Assembly: GCA_016188865.1 (NCBI GenBank) | Contig: JACPGX010000005.1 | Location: forward strand, 114,081-178,080 | Length of the DNA: 64,000 nucleotides | Source: Candidatus Nealsonbacteria bacterium | Lineage (GTDB): Bacteria > Patescibacteriota > Minisyncoccia > Minisyncoccales > MHMH01 | Reading direction: 5' to 3' | Shown: positions 7,712-17,056 of the stretch, in pieces | Layout of the letters: each line of letters starts with the position of its first letter | Numbering within the stretch: the stretch's first letter is position 1 | The notes under the pieces: generated by a model | Databases searched by the model: none | The model's input: only the letters and a program-made list of their open reading frames with translations | What the model was told of the DNA's origin: nothing | Made by a program: the position numbers and the translations under genes

Positions 7712-10336
7712 ATGTCTGAGAAAATACTATGGCATGGCATCGGCTGGCAAGATGCTGTAATACAATTAGATTCCAACGCCGAACAGGGCCTTCCAGAGAA
7801 AGAGGCTGTTTTAAGGCAGAAGAAATTCGGGCCCAATCAGCTTCCCGAAGAAGAGCCGGCGTCAAGGGTGAGAATTTTACTTGACCAGATAAAAACCCCT
7901 TTAATTTATATTTTAATAATAGCTGGCATCATTACCTTAATTTTTCAAAAATGGGCTGATTCTATTGTTATTTTCGGAGCCGTGGCTCTTAATGCTTTTA
8001 TGGGTTTTTACCAAGAAAATAAAGCCAATCAAGCTCTAAGAGCTTTAAAGAAAATGGTAAAGATTGAAGCGCAGGTTATAAGAGAGGGCAGAGAAAGAAA
8101 CATTGACGCGGCAGATTTGGTGCCGGGAGATATAGTTGTCCTTACCTCGGGTAATAAAATTCCGGCTGACGGAAGATTAATAATGGCTCATCACTTGATG
8201 GCTCAGGAAGCTTCTTTAACCGGAGAATGGCTGGCATCGCCTAAAAATATTGATGTTTTACCTCAAGAAACTTTTCTAGCCGATAGAGAAAATATGGTTT
8301 ATATGGGCTGCACCGTTGAAAACGGCAAGGGCATGGCAATAGTTACGGCCATAGGCAAAGACAGTAAGATAGGGGAAGTAGCTGCTTTAGTCGGCCAGAC
8401 AAAAGAAGAGAAAACACCGCTGCAAAATAAAATAATTCATTTTAGCAAAATAGTTACGGCAGTAATTGCTTTTTTAGCTGTTTTTATTTTTTTAGAGGGA
8501 GTATTCAGGGGAAGAGATTTTTTGGAAATGTTCATGACCTCGATTGCCGTAGCTGTAGCTGCCATTCCTGAAGGATTGCCCGTAGCTTTAACTGTTATTC
8601 TAGCCATAGGCATGCAGAGAATTTTGAAAAGGCATGGCTTGGTAAGAAAATTAATAGCAGCAGAAATTTTGGGCGGCACTTCGGTGATAGCTTCCGACAA
8701 AACCCTTACTTTAACCCAAGGCAAAATGCGGGTTGCTGAAATCGCAGGCGATGACCCGGCCTTATTGCTTCAGATAGCAGTTCTGACTAGCGAGGGGTTT
8801 ATTGAAAATCCCGGAGACCCTTATCATTCTTGGATTATTAAAGGCAGGCCGACCGACAAAGCTTTAATTTTAGCTGGAGCGGAAGCGGGATTCGAAAAAC
8901 CGATTTTAGATAAAGCCTATGCTAAGATTGATGAAATACCGTTTAACCATGAAAATAAGTTTATAGCCGCCTTAGTGCAAGCCAAACCTTTAATAGATGG
9001 ATTTGAGCCGATTATCAACGGGAGCGATCAAGCGATATTGGTTTCCGGAGCTCCGGAAAAAATTCTCAATCATTCCTACCTTCAGGAAAGCGATCTTTCA
9101 AAGCTAAAAGACGAATTAAAAGAGCTTACCGGCAAAGGATTAAGAGTAGTTGCCTCAGCTTACAAAAAAATCGCAAACCATAAAACCGAGATTACTAACT
9201 TAAAAGATGAAATAGACGGTTTAACTTTTGTCGGATTCATTGGATTGGCTGACCCCTTAAGGCCGGAGGCCAAAGAAGCAATTTCGTCCTGCAAAGAAGC
9301 CGGCCTTAAGCCGATTATTGTTACAGGCGATCATCTTTTTACGGCTAAAGCTGTAGCGTCAGAGCTTGGCCTCAAAATAGAAGCAGAGAATATTATTGAA
9401 GGAGGGGAGCTGGATAAAATTTCAGACGAAGAATTTCAAAAAAGAATTAGAAGTATTGATGTTTATGCCAGAGTAGAGCCGCACCATAAATTAAGAATCG
9501 TTGAAGCATGGCAAAAACAAGGCGACGTTGTGGCCATGACCGGAGACGGGATTAACGATACGCCAGCTCTTAAAAAAGCAGATATTGGCATCGCCCTGGG
9601 ATCGGGAACTGATGCAGCTAAAGAAGTTTCGGATTTAGTTTTGCTTACCGACAACTTCAATGTTATTTTAGCTGCTGTGGAAGAGGGCAGAATTATTATT
9701 GATAATATCCGGAAAATTATCACTTATTTGCTTTCCGATTCTTTTACCGAAACTATCTTAATCGGAATGAGTATTTTTTTGGGATGGCCTTTGCCAATTT
9801 CAGCCGTTCAGATTTTATGGATTAATTTGATTGAAGATGGATTTCCTAATATGGCTTTAGCTTTTGAGCCAAAAGAAGAAGATGTTTTGAAGAGAAAACC
9901 GGAAGGTAAAGAGGTAAAACTCTTGACTCCTACAATGAAAACAATAATTTTTATCATCGGAATTATTACTGATTTTCTTTTGCTTGGGATTTTTTGGTGG
10001 TTTCTTGGCGGGAATTATGATATTCAATATATAAGGACGATTATTTTCACCGCCCTAGGGATTGATTCGCTTTTTTACGTTTTTTCCTGCAAGAGTTTAA
10101 GGAAAAATCTTTGGCGCACTAATTTATTTTCAAATAAATTTTTAATAATTTCTGTAATATTCGGTTTTGCCATGCTTTTTGCGGCGCTTTACGTTCCTGT
10201 TTTCCAGGCACTGTTAAAAACCACGCCTTTGGGGGTTAAGGAATGGCTAATTGTTTTAGGTTTGGGGATTGTTAATGTTTTATTGATTGAATTAGTCAAA
10301 TATATTTTTATTATTAGGCATAAGGCAAAAGCATGA
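7712..10336 (+). CDS. Cation-transporting P-type ATPase (P2/Ca-ATPase-like) with non-canonical DKTLT and TGEW motifs
   Basis: Ten TM segments. TGDGINDTPAL, DPLR, VTGDH and SGAPEKIL motifs are present. The phosphorylation motif reads DKTLTLT where DKTGTLT is canonical, and the actuator motif reads TGEW where TGES is canonical. Confidence 0.85.
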   Translation: MSEKILWHGIGWQDAVIQLDSNAEQGLPEKEAVLRQKKFGPNQLPEEEPASRVRILLDQIKTPLIYILIIAGIITLIFQKWADSIVIFGAVALNAFMGFYQENKANQALRALKKMVKIEAQVIREGRERNIDAADLVPGDIVVLTSGNKIPADGRLIMAHHLMAQEASLTGEWLASPKNIDVLPQETFLADRENMVYMGCTVENGKGMAIVTAIGKDSKIGEVAALVGQTKEEKTPLQNKIIHFSKIVTAVIAFLAVFIFLEGVFRGRDFLEMFMTSIAVAVAAIPEGLPVALTVILAIGMQRILKRHGLVRKLIAAEILGGTSVIASDKTLTLTQGKMRVAEIAGDDPALLLQIAVLTSEGFIENPGDPYHSWIIKGRPTDKALILAGAEAGFEKPILDKAYAKIDEIPFNHENKFIAALVQAKPLIDGFEPIINGSDQAILVSGAPEKILNHSYLQESDLSKLKDELKELTGKGLRVVASAYKKIANHKTEITNLKDEIDGLTFVGFIGLADPLRPEAKEAISSCKEAGLKPIIVTGDHLFTAKAVASELGLKIEAENIIEGGELDKISDEEFQKRIRSIDVYARVEPHHKLRIVEAWQKQGDVVAMTGDGINDTPALKKADIGIALGSGTDAAKEVSDLVLLTDNFNVILAAVEEGRIIIDNIRKIITYLLSDSFTETILIGMSIFLGWPLPISAVQILWINLIEDGFPNMALAFEPKEEDVLKRKPEGKEVKLLTPTMKTIIFIIGIITDFLLLGIFWWFLGGNYDIQYIRTIIFTALGIDSLFYVFSCKSLRKNLWRTNLFSNKFLIISVIFGFAMLFAALYVPVFQALLKTTPLGVKEWLIVLGLGIVNVLLIELVKYIFIIRHKAKA

Positions 10337-11277
10337 TTCTTTTATACATTTTAATTTTTATTACAGCTATTTTACTTTTGACAAGATCGGGCGCTTGGGC
10401 TGTCCAGGACCTTTCGAGAATTGCCAGATATTTAGGCTGGTCTGAATTTGTGGTTGCTTTTATTTTGATGGCTTTTGTTTCCTCTATCCCGGAATTTTTT
10501 ATCGGTATTTCATCGGTGATACATAAAGTTCCGGAAGTTTCTTTCGGCAATATTATAGGAGCTAATGTTATTAATTTGACCCTAGCTGTTGGTTTGGCGG
10601 TTGTATTCATAGGCGGCCTCAGCGTGGACAGAAAAATAGTTCAAAAAGATTCCACCTTAACTGCCATTTCGGCTTTTTTGCCTTTGATTTTAATTTTAGA
10701 TAAAGAGCTTTCCAGAATCGACGGCATAATTTTACTTTTAGGATTTTTAGCTTACATTTTTTGGCTTTTTTCCCAGAAAGACAGATTTTCCAGAATTTAT
10801 AATAATTCAAAAGAAGGACTTAAGCAGTTTATAAAAAATATTTTTGCCTTGTTGGGCAGTGTTTTTTTGCTTTTTTTGAGTGCCGAGGCGGTTATCAGGT
10901 CTTCGACTATTTTAGCCAAGGAATTTGGGATACCTCATATACTTATCGGAATTTTAATTATAGGAACAGGCACGGCTTTGCCAGAAACCTATTTTGTGGT
11001 AAGAGCAGCTTTGAAGCATAAAAAAGAAATGATTTTAGGCAACCTGATGGGCTGCGTAGTTGTAACTTCTTTATTTGTTCTTGGATTTGTTGCCCTGCTT
11101 TCTCCGATAAAAATTAATGACTTTAGCCCATATTTTTCTGCCAGAATTTTTCTTTTAATTTCTATTGTATCTTTTTTGATTATTCTCAGAACTGGGAACA
11201 AAATTACCAGAAAAGAATCTCTGTTGTTAATCTCCATTTATCTTGCTTTCGTTGCCGCAGAAATATTGTTTAAATAA
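10333..11277 (+). CDS. Ca2+/cation antiporter (CaCA, YrbG-type Na+/Ca2+ exchanger)
   Basis: Two alpha-repeats (GNIIGANVINLTLAVGL and GNLMGCVVVTSLFVLG). Ten TM segments. It is co-located with the P-type ATPase. Confidence 0.8.
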   Translation: MILLYILIFITAILLLTRSGAWAVQDLSRIARYLGWSEFVVAFILMAFVSSIPEFFIGISSVIHKVPEVSFGNIIGANVINLTLAVGLAVVFIGGLSVDRKIVQKDSTLTAISAFLPLILILDKELSRIDGIILLLGFLAYIFWLFSQKDRFSRIYNNSKEGLKQFIKNIFALLGSVFLLFLSAEAVIRSSTILAKEFGIPHILIGILIIGTGTALPETYFVVRAALKHKKEMILGNLMGCVVVTSLFVLGFVALLSPIKINDFSPYFSARIFLLISIVSFLIILRTGNKITRKESLLLISIYLAFVAAEILFK

Positions 11278-11299
11278 GGTTTAATGTTAATATAAATCA

Positions 11300-12262
11300 A
11301 TGCAAAATCAGTTTCTCGCTTTGATAGTTTTCTTTATTGTCGCGATAGCTGTTGGAGTGTTTTATTTTTTAATTAAGAAATCAAAAACTGACAGCAACCA
11401 AACCGAAGCCATAAAAGATTTGGAAAGGCGAATGACCGATTTAATGATGGGCCAGTCCAGAAACATGAACGACCAGATTCGTTCTTTTACGCAAGAAGCG
11501 ACTAAAATCAGGGAAGATTTGAAGCAAGTGCAAGACAGCGTTAAAGATGTTTCTACTTTTCAGGACATTTTTAGGTCGCCAAAATTAAGGGGTCAATGGG
11601 GCGAAGCTTCGTTGGAACATATTTTATCTCAACATTTTCCGGCAGAGCTTTTTAAAATTCAGCATTTATTTTCCTCGGGAGAGCAGGTGGACGCTGTCTT
11701 GAAGCTGCCCAATGGCAGAATTCTGCCCATTGACGCCAAGTTTCCTTCGGAAAATTTTGAAAAGATGATAAATACCGCCTCTGAAACAGAAAAGAATTTT
11801 TATAAAAAGACTTTTTTGGAAGACGTAAAATTTAAAATAAACGATATTGCCGCCAAATACATATTGCCATCGGAAGGCACGGTTGACTTTGCTTTAATGT
11901 ATATCCCCGCAGAAGCTATTTATTACGAAATTATCAACAATATCGGCAAAGAGGTTGATATGGCTTCTTTTGCCTGGTCAAAGAAAATCATTTTAACTTC
12001 GCCCAATACCATATATTTAGCTTTAAGGACTATTGAGCATTGGTTTAAAGATACGCAAATTTCAAAGCAAACACAGGAAATTTTAAAGAAATTAGGCAGA
12101 GTTCATCAAGACGCCCAAAAACTTATGGATGACTTCAGGAAATTGGGCAGTCATTTATCTAACGCTAAGTCTGCTTTCGACTCTTCAGAAAAACGCTTGA
12201 TTATGCTGGACGATAAGGTAGAAAAGCTAGAAGAAGTAGGGGAGACCAAGAAACTTGAGTGA
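11300..12262 (+). CDS. rmuC: DNA recombination protein RmuC
   Basis: N-terminal TM and coiled coil, then a RmuC domain (QWGEASLEHIL...YIPAEAIYYEI). Confidence 0.8.
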   Translation: MQNQFLALIVFFIVAIAVGVFYFLIKKSKTDSNQTEAIKDLERRMTDLMMGQSRNMNDQIRSFTQEATKIREDLKQVQDSVKDVSTFQDIFRSPKLRGQWGEASLEHILSQHFPAELFKIQHLFSSGEQVDAVLKLPNGRILPIDAKFPSENFEKMINTASETEKNFYKKTFLEDVKFKINDIAAKYILPSEGTVDFALMYIPAEAIYYEIINNIGKEVDMASFAWSKKIILTSPNTIYLALRTIEHWFKDTQISKQTQEILKKLGRVHQDAQKLMDDFRKLGSHLSNAKSAFDSSEKRLIMLDDKVEKLEEVGETKKLE

Positions 12263-12274
12263 CGATATTCGGGA

Positions 12275-12318
12275 GGAGGTCCGACCTCCCGACAAATATG
12301 ACGGGAGGTCGGACCTCC
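12275..12318. repeat. Palindromic repeat family A, second copy, inverted relative to the copy at 1978
   Basis: Arms are GGAGGTCCGACCTCCCG and CGGGAGGTCGGACCTCC, with a 10-nt spacer ACAAATATGA. It is flanked by GATATT / AGATATT, as copy 1 is. Confidence 0.85.
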
Positions 12319-12366
12319 AGATATTAAGGTATTGCATTTTTTTAGCAAAGTAGTAGTATAAACGAT

Positions 12367-12681
12367 ATGTTGGCGGTCATTAAAACCGGAGGGAAACAAT
12401 ATATTGTTGCTCCCGGACAAAAAATTAAAGTTGAGAAATTAGATAAAAAAGAAGGCTCGGAAATAGCCTTTAATGAGGTTTTATTATTGGAGAAAAGCAA
12501 CTACCTTGAGATTGGTTCTCCTTTCGTTCAAGACGCAAAAGTTACGGCTAAGGTCTTAAGCCACGGCAAAGGAGAAAAAGTGATTGCTTATAAATACAAA
12601 GCCAAAAAGCGCTATCATCGCAAAAAAGGCCACCGCCAATCTTTCACCGAAGTGGAAATTACCAGCCTCGAAACTAAATAA
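12367..12681 (+). CDS. rplU: 50S ribosomal protein L21
   Basis: MLAVIKTGGKQYIVAPGQKIKVEKL... is typical of bL21. Confidence 0.9.
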   Translation: MLAVIKTGGKQYIVAPGQKIKVEKLDKKEGSEIAFNEVLLLEKSNYLEIGSPFVQDAKVTAKVLSHGKGEKVIAYKYKAKKRYHRKKGHRQSFTEVEITSLETK

Positions 12682-12720
12682 AATGTGCGCTCCCCGAGAG
12701 TGCACATTTTTATTATTTTC
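12681..12720 (+). terminator. Rho-independent terminator after rplU
   Basis: A hairpin (AAATGTGCGCTC...GAGTGCACATTT, about 12 bp) followed by TTTTTATTATTTTC. Confidence 0.75.
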
Positions 12721-12735
12721 TATTATAGCGACACG

Positions 12736-12774
12736 TTGTTAGACACTCGGTGTTGGACACCGAGTGTCTAACAA
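12736..12774. repeat. REP-like palindrome, family 1 (TTGTTAGACACTCGGTGT-TGG-ACACCGAGTGTCTAACAA), at the 3' flank of RAYT-1
   Basis: It has perfect 18-bp arms. A second hairpin of the same family lies at 13469-13507 on the other side of the gene. A half-site lies inside the gene at 13266-13283. Confidence 0.9.
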
Positions 12775-12777
12775 TCT

Positions 12778-13452
12778 TCAATCAAGTAATTGTTTTTCAT
12801 CTAGTATTTTGGATAAATCTTTAGCTCCGCTTGTTTCCACGAATAATTTATACTTTTCACTGCTAGAAAATTGTTTGGTGACAATGCCAGTTTCTAAAAG
12901 ATTTCCCCACCGATTTTTATTTATACAATCCTGGTAACTAGAATAAGGGAAGAGGTGTTCTCTGTCGGCCCATTCCTTGATTTCTCTTGGATTGCGGTGA
13001 ATATAAGCGGAGAGATAAAGAAGCTGGTCGTCATTTTTAATATGGACAATTTGAAATGGGCCCTGAAAAAGATGCCCCGAGATTTTATATTTTGTATTGA
13101 AGTATTTTGTATAAGCGTTTAAAACTCTTTGCATATATTGGGAAATACCGTTTTCTTTTAATCCGTGGATAATTAAATGGAAATGATTTGGCATCAGCGT
13201 GAAATTAATCAATTCTATGCTTCGATTTTTTATTATTTCCTCTACAACCTCCCGCGAGATGTTAAACACCGAGTGTCTAACAAAGCAGGCAACTTGTCTG
13301 CCGAGATTATAGAAAGTCAAATGAGATTGGCAGTGAGTGATTAAGAAAAGAAATCTTATCCAATCTTTTTCATCACGAAAAACTGGTTGTTTATTATTAC
13401 CCCTATTGTAGATGTGATAATATTCTCCGGAAACAATTTTAACTTTTCTCAT
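12778..13452 (-). CDS. REP-associated tyrosine transposase (RAYT / IS200-IS605-like HUH Y1 transposase), paralog 1
   Basis: HUH motif MPNHFHLII, catalytic Tyr motif YIHRNP, and an N-terminal GEYYHIYNRG beta-strand. It is flanked on both sides by cognate hairpins. Confidence 0.75.
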   Translation of the reverse strand: MRKVKIVSGEYYHIYNRGNNKQPVFRDEKDWIRFLFLITHCQSHLTFYNLGRQVACFVRHSVFNISREVVEEIIKNRSIELINFTLMPNHFHLIIHGLKENGISQYMQRVLNAYTKYFNTKYKISGHLFQGPFQIVHIKNDDQLLYLSAYIHRNPREIKEWADREHLFPYSSYQDCINKNRWGNLLETGIVTKQFSSSEKYKLFVETSGAKDLSKILDEKQLLD

Positions 13453-13468
13453 ACGTTCTTATTCTAGC

Positions 13469-13507
13469 ATGTTAGACACTCGGTGTCCAACACCGAGTGT
13501 CTAACAT
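13469..13507. repeat. REP-like palindrome, family 1 (ATGTTAGACACTCGGTGT-CCA-ACACCGAGTGTCTAACAT), at the 5' flank of RAYT-1
   Basis: It has perfect 18-bp arms and lies 16 nt upstream of the RAYT-1 start. Confidence 0.9.
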
Positions 13508-13665
13508 GGCAGGATTATTCAACATAGTGCCCAACATTTACTAGTGGGACTTAAACAAAATGACCCCCGTTGAATACAGGGATCATTTGCTGGCATTAAA
13601 TGCCTAAAACGTGCTTTTTTATTCGTGTCCACTAAACGGGGTACACTTCACACCCGTGTATTTTT

Positions 13666-14262
13666 TTATTTCCTATTGTCAAGGGCGGAGGAGAGGGTTT
13701 CGTCGTCGGCGTATTCGAGTTCGGAGCCGACGGGCAGGCCGCGGCCGAGCTTGGTAACTTTTTTGCCAAGAGGCGCAAGGGTTCTTTCTAAGTATAGGGA
13801 AGTGGCTTCGCCTTCAGTAGTAGGATTAGTGGCTATAATAATTTCTTGAATTTCAGGCAATTTAGTAATTTCCAGCAGTTCTTTTACCCTTAGTTTTTCT
13901 ATATCTTCTTTTCTTAGTTTGGAAACAGTGCCCCCCAAAATAAAATACCTCCCGTGGTATTTTTTTGTTTTTTCAATGGTTTCTAGGTCGGTTTCTTTTT
14001 CCACAACACAGAGCAACGTTTTATCTCGGCCATTATCAGAGCAAATTGCGCAGAGTTCTATCTCTCCCTCAAATGGTTTGAAACAAAAAGAACATAGTTT
14101 TACTTTGTTTTTTAAATCAGCGATAGATTCAATGGCTTCTTTTACCTCGCTTTTGGGAAGTTTTAGCAAATAAAAAACAAAACGGGCGGCTGTTCTGGGG
14201 CCTACCGTGGGAAACTTGGAAAATATTGCGATTAGCCTTTCAATGGAAGGGGAGTAAGCCAT
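13666..14262 (-). CDS. recR: Recombination protein RecR
   Basis: HhH at the N-terminus, a C4 zinc finger (CSFCFK...CAICSD) and a Toprim domain. Confidence 0.9.
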   Translation of the reverse strand: MAYSPSIERLIAIFSKFPTVGPRTAARFVFYLLKLPKSEVKEAIESIADLKNKVKLCSFCFKPFEGEIELCAICSDNGRDKTLLCVVEKETDLETIEKTKKYHGRYFILGGTVSKLRKEDIEKLRVKELLEITKLPEIQEIIIATNPTTEGEATSLYLERTLAPLGKKVTKLGRGLPVGSELEYADDETLSSALDNRK

Positions 14263-14263
14263 T

Positions 14264-15616
14264 TTAAAAATCTTCGTTTACGTGGGTTTTGTCTAAATTT
14301 CTGAATGTTACTCTTTGGTCATCAAAAAACAGTTTTACGCTGCCGGTTGGTCCGTTTCTGTGTTTGGCAACAATAATTTCAGCCACATTGCTGGGCACGG
14401 TTTCACCTCTTTCTTTTTCGCGGTAGATGAAAAGTACGACGTCAGCATCTTGCTCCAGCGATCCGGACTGTCTAAGGTCGGCTAGTTTTGGTCGGGGAGG
14501 GATTCTTGCTTCTACGGCTCTAGATAGCTGAGAAAGAGCCAAAACAGGCACTTCTAATTCTCTAGCTAAACTTTTTAATGACCTCGATATTTCTGTAACC
14601 TGCTGGACTTCGCCGACATTGGTATTTCTTGGTTCCATTAATTGCAGATAATCTATCACAATCAAACCTAAACCTTTTTCTGCCTGGAGGCGTCTAGCCA
14701 TAGCTCTCATTTGAAGAATATTTGATGTGGCGGCATCATCAATATAAATTGGAGCACCGGAAAGATCTGCCATAGCTTGCTGAATTTTCGTGAAGTCATT
14801 TTCTTCGCCTGTACTTGAAAGTTTTCCAGTCCTTATCCGCCAAGCATCTACGCCAGATTGTGCAGAAATGAGCCTGTCAACGATTTGATCTTTCGACATT
14901 TCCAAACTGAATATCCCTACGGGAATTTTTTGCTGATTGGCAATATTTCTGGCTATATCTACTGCCAAAGCCGATTTTCCCATGGAAGGCCGGGCGGCTA
15001 AAATAATCAAATCAGATTTTTGCAGGCCAGCTAGTTTGTTGTCTAAGTCCGCAAAGCCGGTAGGCAGGCCGCGCAGCGCTCCCTCATATTTTGAAAGCTT
15101 GTCCAGTCTTTCAAAAGCATCTTCCAGCGTGTCTTTTACTGCTATAAAATTTTGGTTAAGAGATTTTTGGGTGATGCTGAAAATTTTCTTTTCAGCTTGG
15201 TCCAGCAATTCATCAACTTCTTCAGTCTCGTTATAGCCCATTAGCCCAATATCATAAGAAGCTTCTATTAAATCGCGCAAGATTCTTTTCTTTTGGACGA
15301 TTTTAGCATAGTTCAAAACATGAGCGGCCGTAGGCACGGTATTAATGAGTTCGGTTAAATAGGCGCTTCCGCCGATTTCTGGCAAAGTATTCTTTTCTTT
15401 AAGCCGGGCTGAAACCGACAATAAATCAATGGGTTCGTTTCTTTCAAAAAGATCCTGCGTAGCAGAATAAATCTCCTGATGAATGCCCCTATAAAAGTCT
15501 TTCGGCTGCAAAAAATCCACCACTTTTATAATAGCGTTTTTATCGAGCATCAAGCAGCCCAAAAGTGATTTTTCTGCTTCAATATTTTGCGGAGGAATTT
15601 TATCGGGTGTTTCCAT
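14264..15616 (-). CDS. dnaB: Replicative DNA helicase DnaB
   Basis: An N-terminal DnaB domain (PPQNIEAEKSLLGCLM) and a RecA-like domain with Walker A GARPSMGKS. Confidence 0.9.
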   Translation of the reverse strand: METPDKIPPQNIEAEKSLLGCLMLDKNAIIKVVDFLQPKDFYRGIHQEIYSATQDLFERNEPIDLLSVSARLKEKNTLPEIGGSAYLTELINTVPTAAHVLNYAKIVQKKRILRDLIEASYDIGLMGYNETEEVDELLDQAEKKIFSITQKSLNQNFIAVKDTLEDAFERLDKLSKYEGALRGLPTGFADLDNKLAGLQKSDLIILAARPSMGKSALAVDIARNIANQQKIPVGIFSLEMSKDQIVDRLISAQSGVDAWRIRTGKLSSTGEENDFTKIQQAMADLSGAPIYIDDAATSNILQMRAMARRLQAEKGLGLIVIDYLQLMEPRNTNVGEVQQVTEISRSLKSLARELEVPVLALSQLSRAVEARIPPRPKLADLRQSGSLEQDADVVLFIYREKERGETVPSNVAEIIVAKHRNGPTGSVKLFFDDQRVTFRNLDKTHVNEDF

Positions 15617-15658
15617 ACTTGATTAGTATACTAAAGTTTCTTGAATAGTTCAAATTTT

Positions 15659-15672
15659 AGGAGGTCGAACCT
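15659..15672. repeat. Palindromic repeat family A, half copy (GGAGGTCGAACCTC)
   Basis: A single arm plus the TAAATATT tail, lying between the cysS stop and the dnaB start. Confidence 0.6.
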
Positions 15673-15679
15673 CTAAATA

Positions 15680-17047
15680 TTATCGTTGAATTTTTTTTAA
15701 TTTCGAGCCTTGCTTGGTATCTTCAACCTGCCAGTCGAGCTTTATTATCTCATTTCTTATTTCATCGGCTTTTTGCCAGTCGCTTTTTTTTCGATATTCT
15801 TGGCGTTGCCTGACTAAGTCAAGCAACGCTTTCGGGGGCTTTTTTTGGTGTTTTGGCCAGAAGATAAAGTTTAAAAATTCGTCAATCTGTTTTAGAAATT
15901 TTAAAGTATCTTTAGCATCTAAAGTATTTTTTTGGCGCATTAGGTCAAATATCACGGCAATGGCTTTCGGCGTGTTAAAGTCGTCTTCCATGGCTTTTTC
16001 GAAGTTGGTTTCCAATTTTTTGATTTCCGAAATCCTCTCAAATTTGAGTGGATTTCGGAAATCTTTTAATCTGTCGACGAATTCATCAATCTTTTCCAAT
16101 TCTCTTTCGGCCTGCGCGACAGATTCTTCGGTATAATCAATAGGCGAACGGTAATGATTTTTTAGTATCAAAAATCTTAATAAGCGGGGGGAGTATTTTT
16201 CTGTAAAGTCTTTAATGGTTATAAAATTGCCTAGCGATTTAGACATTTTTTGCCCATTGACTTTTAAAAAGCCGGGATGCAGCCAGTATTTTACCATCGG
16301 CCTTTTACTGGAGATAGCTTCCATTTGAGCTATTTCAGCCTCGTGGTGGGGGAACATTAAATCAACCGCTCCTCCGTGCATATCATACTGGGAGCCGAAG
16401 AATTTTTCGGTAATGGCCGTATCCTCTATGTGCCAGCCTGGTCTGCCAAAACCCCACGGGCTAGGCCATTTGGGTTCTCCGGGTTTGGAGATTTTCCATA
16501 AAGCAAAGTCCCCTTTATTTTTTTTGCTTACAGCTTCATCGATTCTGGAAACCGCATCTTCTGCCTGCAGGGCGGTTCTTCCCGATAATTTTCCGTAATT
16601 TTTAAACTTTGAAATATCGTAATAAATACCGTCTTCTATCTGATAGGCATACTTTTTATCCAGCAGTTTTTTCACTTGGCCGATTATTTCTTTTATGTAA
16701 TCTGTAGCTCTTGCGTATTTTGTAACAGCATTAACCTTCAAATTCTTCATATCTTCCGAATATTTTTTTTCAAAATTTCGGGCTAGTTTTAAAGGAGAAA
16801 TTCCTTTTTCTTTTGCTCGGTTTATAATTTTGTCGTCGATGTCAGTAATATTCTGCAAATAAAAAATATTAAAGCCTCTTTGCTTTAAATATTTTGCAAT
16901 CATGTCAAAAGCCAGATATGTTCTAGCGTGCCCGATATGGGCTGAATCGTAAACCGTCGGCCCGCAAACAAAAAGTTTTATTTTTTTGCCATGGGCTGGC
17001 TTGAATATTTCTTTTTTCCGCGTTAAGGTACTATAAAGCTTTAGCAT
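15680..17047 (-). CDS. cysS: Cysteine--tRNA ligase
   Basis: HIGH-type motif CGPTVYDSAHIGHARTY and KMSKS motif KMSKSLGN. Confidence 0.9.
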   Translation of the reverse strand: MLKLYSTLTRKKEIFKPAHGKKIKLFVCGPTVYDSAHIGHARTYLAFDMIAKYLKQRGFNIFYLQNITDIDDKIINRAKEKGISPLKLARNFEKKYSEDMKNLKVNAVTKYARATDYIKEIIGQVKKLLDKKYAYQIEDGIYYDISKFKNYGKLSGRTALQAEDAVSRIDEAVSKKNKGDFALWKISKPGEPKWPSPWGFGRPGWHIEDTAITEKFFGSQYDMHGGAVDLMFPHHEAEIAQMEAISSKRPMVKYWLHPGFLKVNGQKMSKSLGNFITIKDFTEKYSPRLLRFLILKNHYRSPIDYTEESVAQAERELEKIDEFVDRLKDFRNPLKFERISEIKKLETNFEKAMEDDFNTPKAIAVIFDLMRQKNTLDAKDTLKFLKQIDEFLNFIFWPKHQKKPPKALLDLVRQRQEYRKKSDWQKADEIRNEIIKLDWQVEDTKQGSKLKKIQR

Positions 17048-17056
17048 GATTTTATT

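Larger units (their letters stand above)
12736..13507 (-). mobile_element. REP-RAYT unit 1 (hairpin-RAYT-hairpin)
   Basis: A transposase gene bracketed by two copies of the same 39-nt palindrome. Confidence 0.7.

Noticed and set aside
13508-13665. Possible terminator or ncRNA between RAYT-1 and recR
   Set aside because: Only short imperfect hairpins (5-bp stems) with ambiguous strand assignment. Not enough evidence to call.
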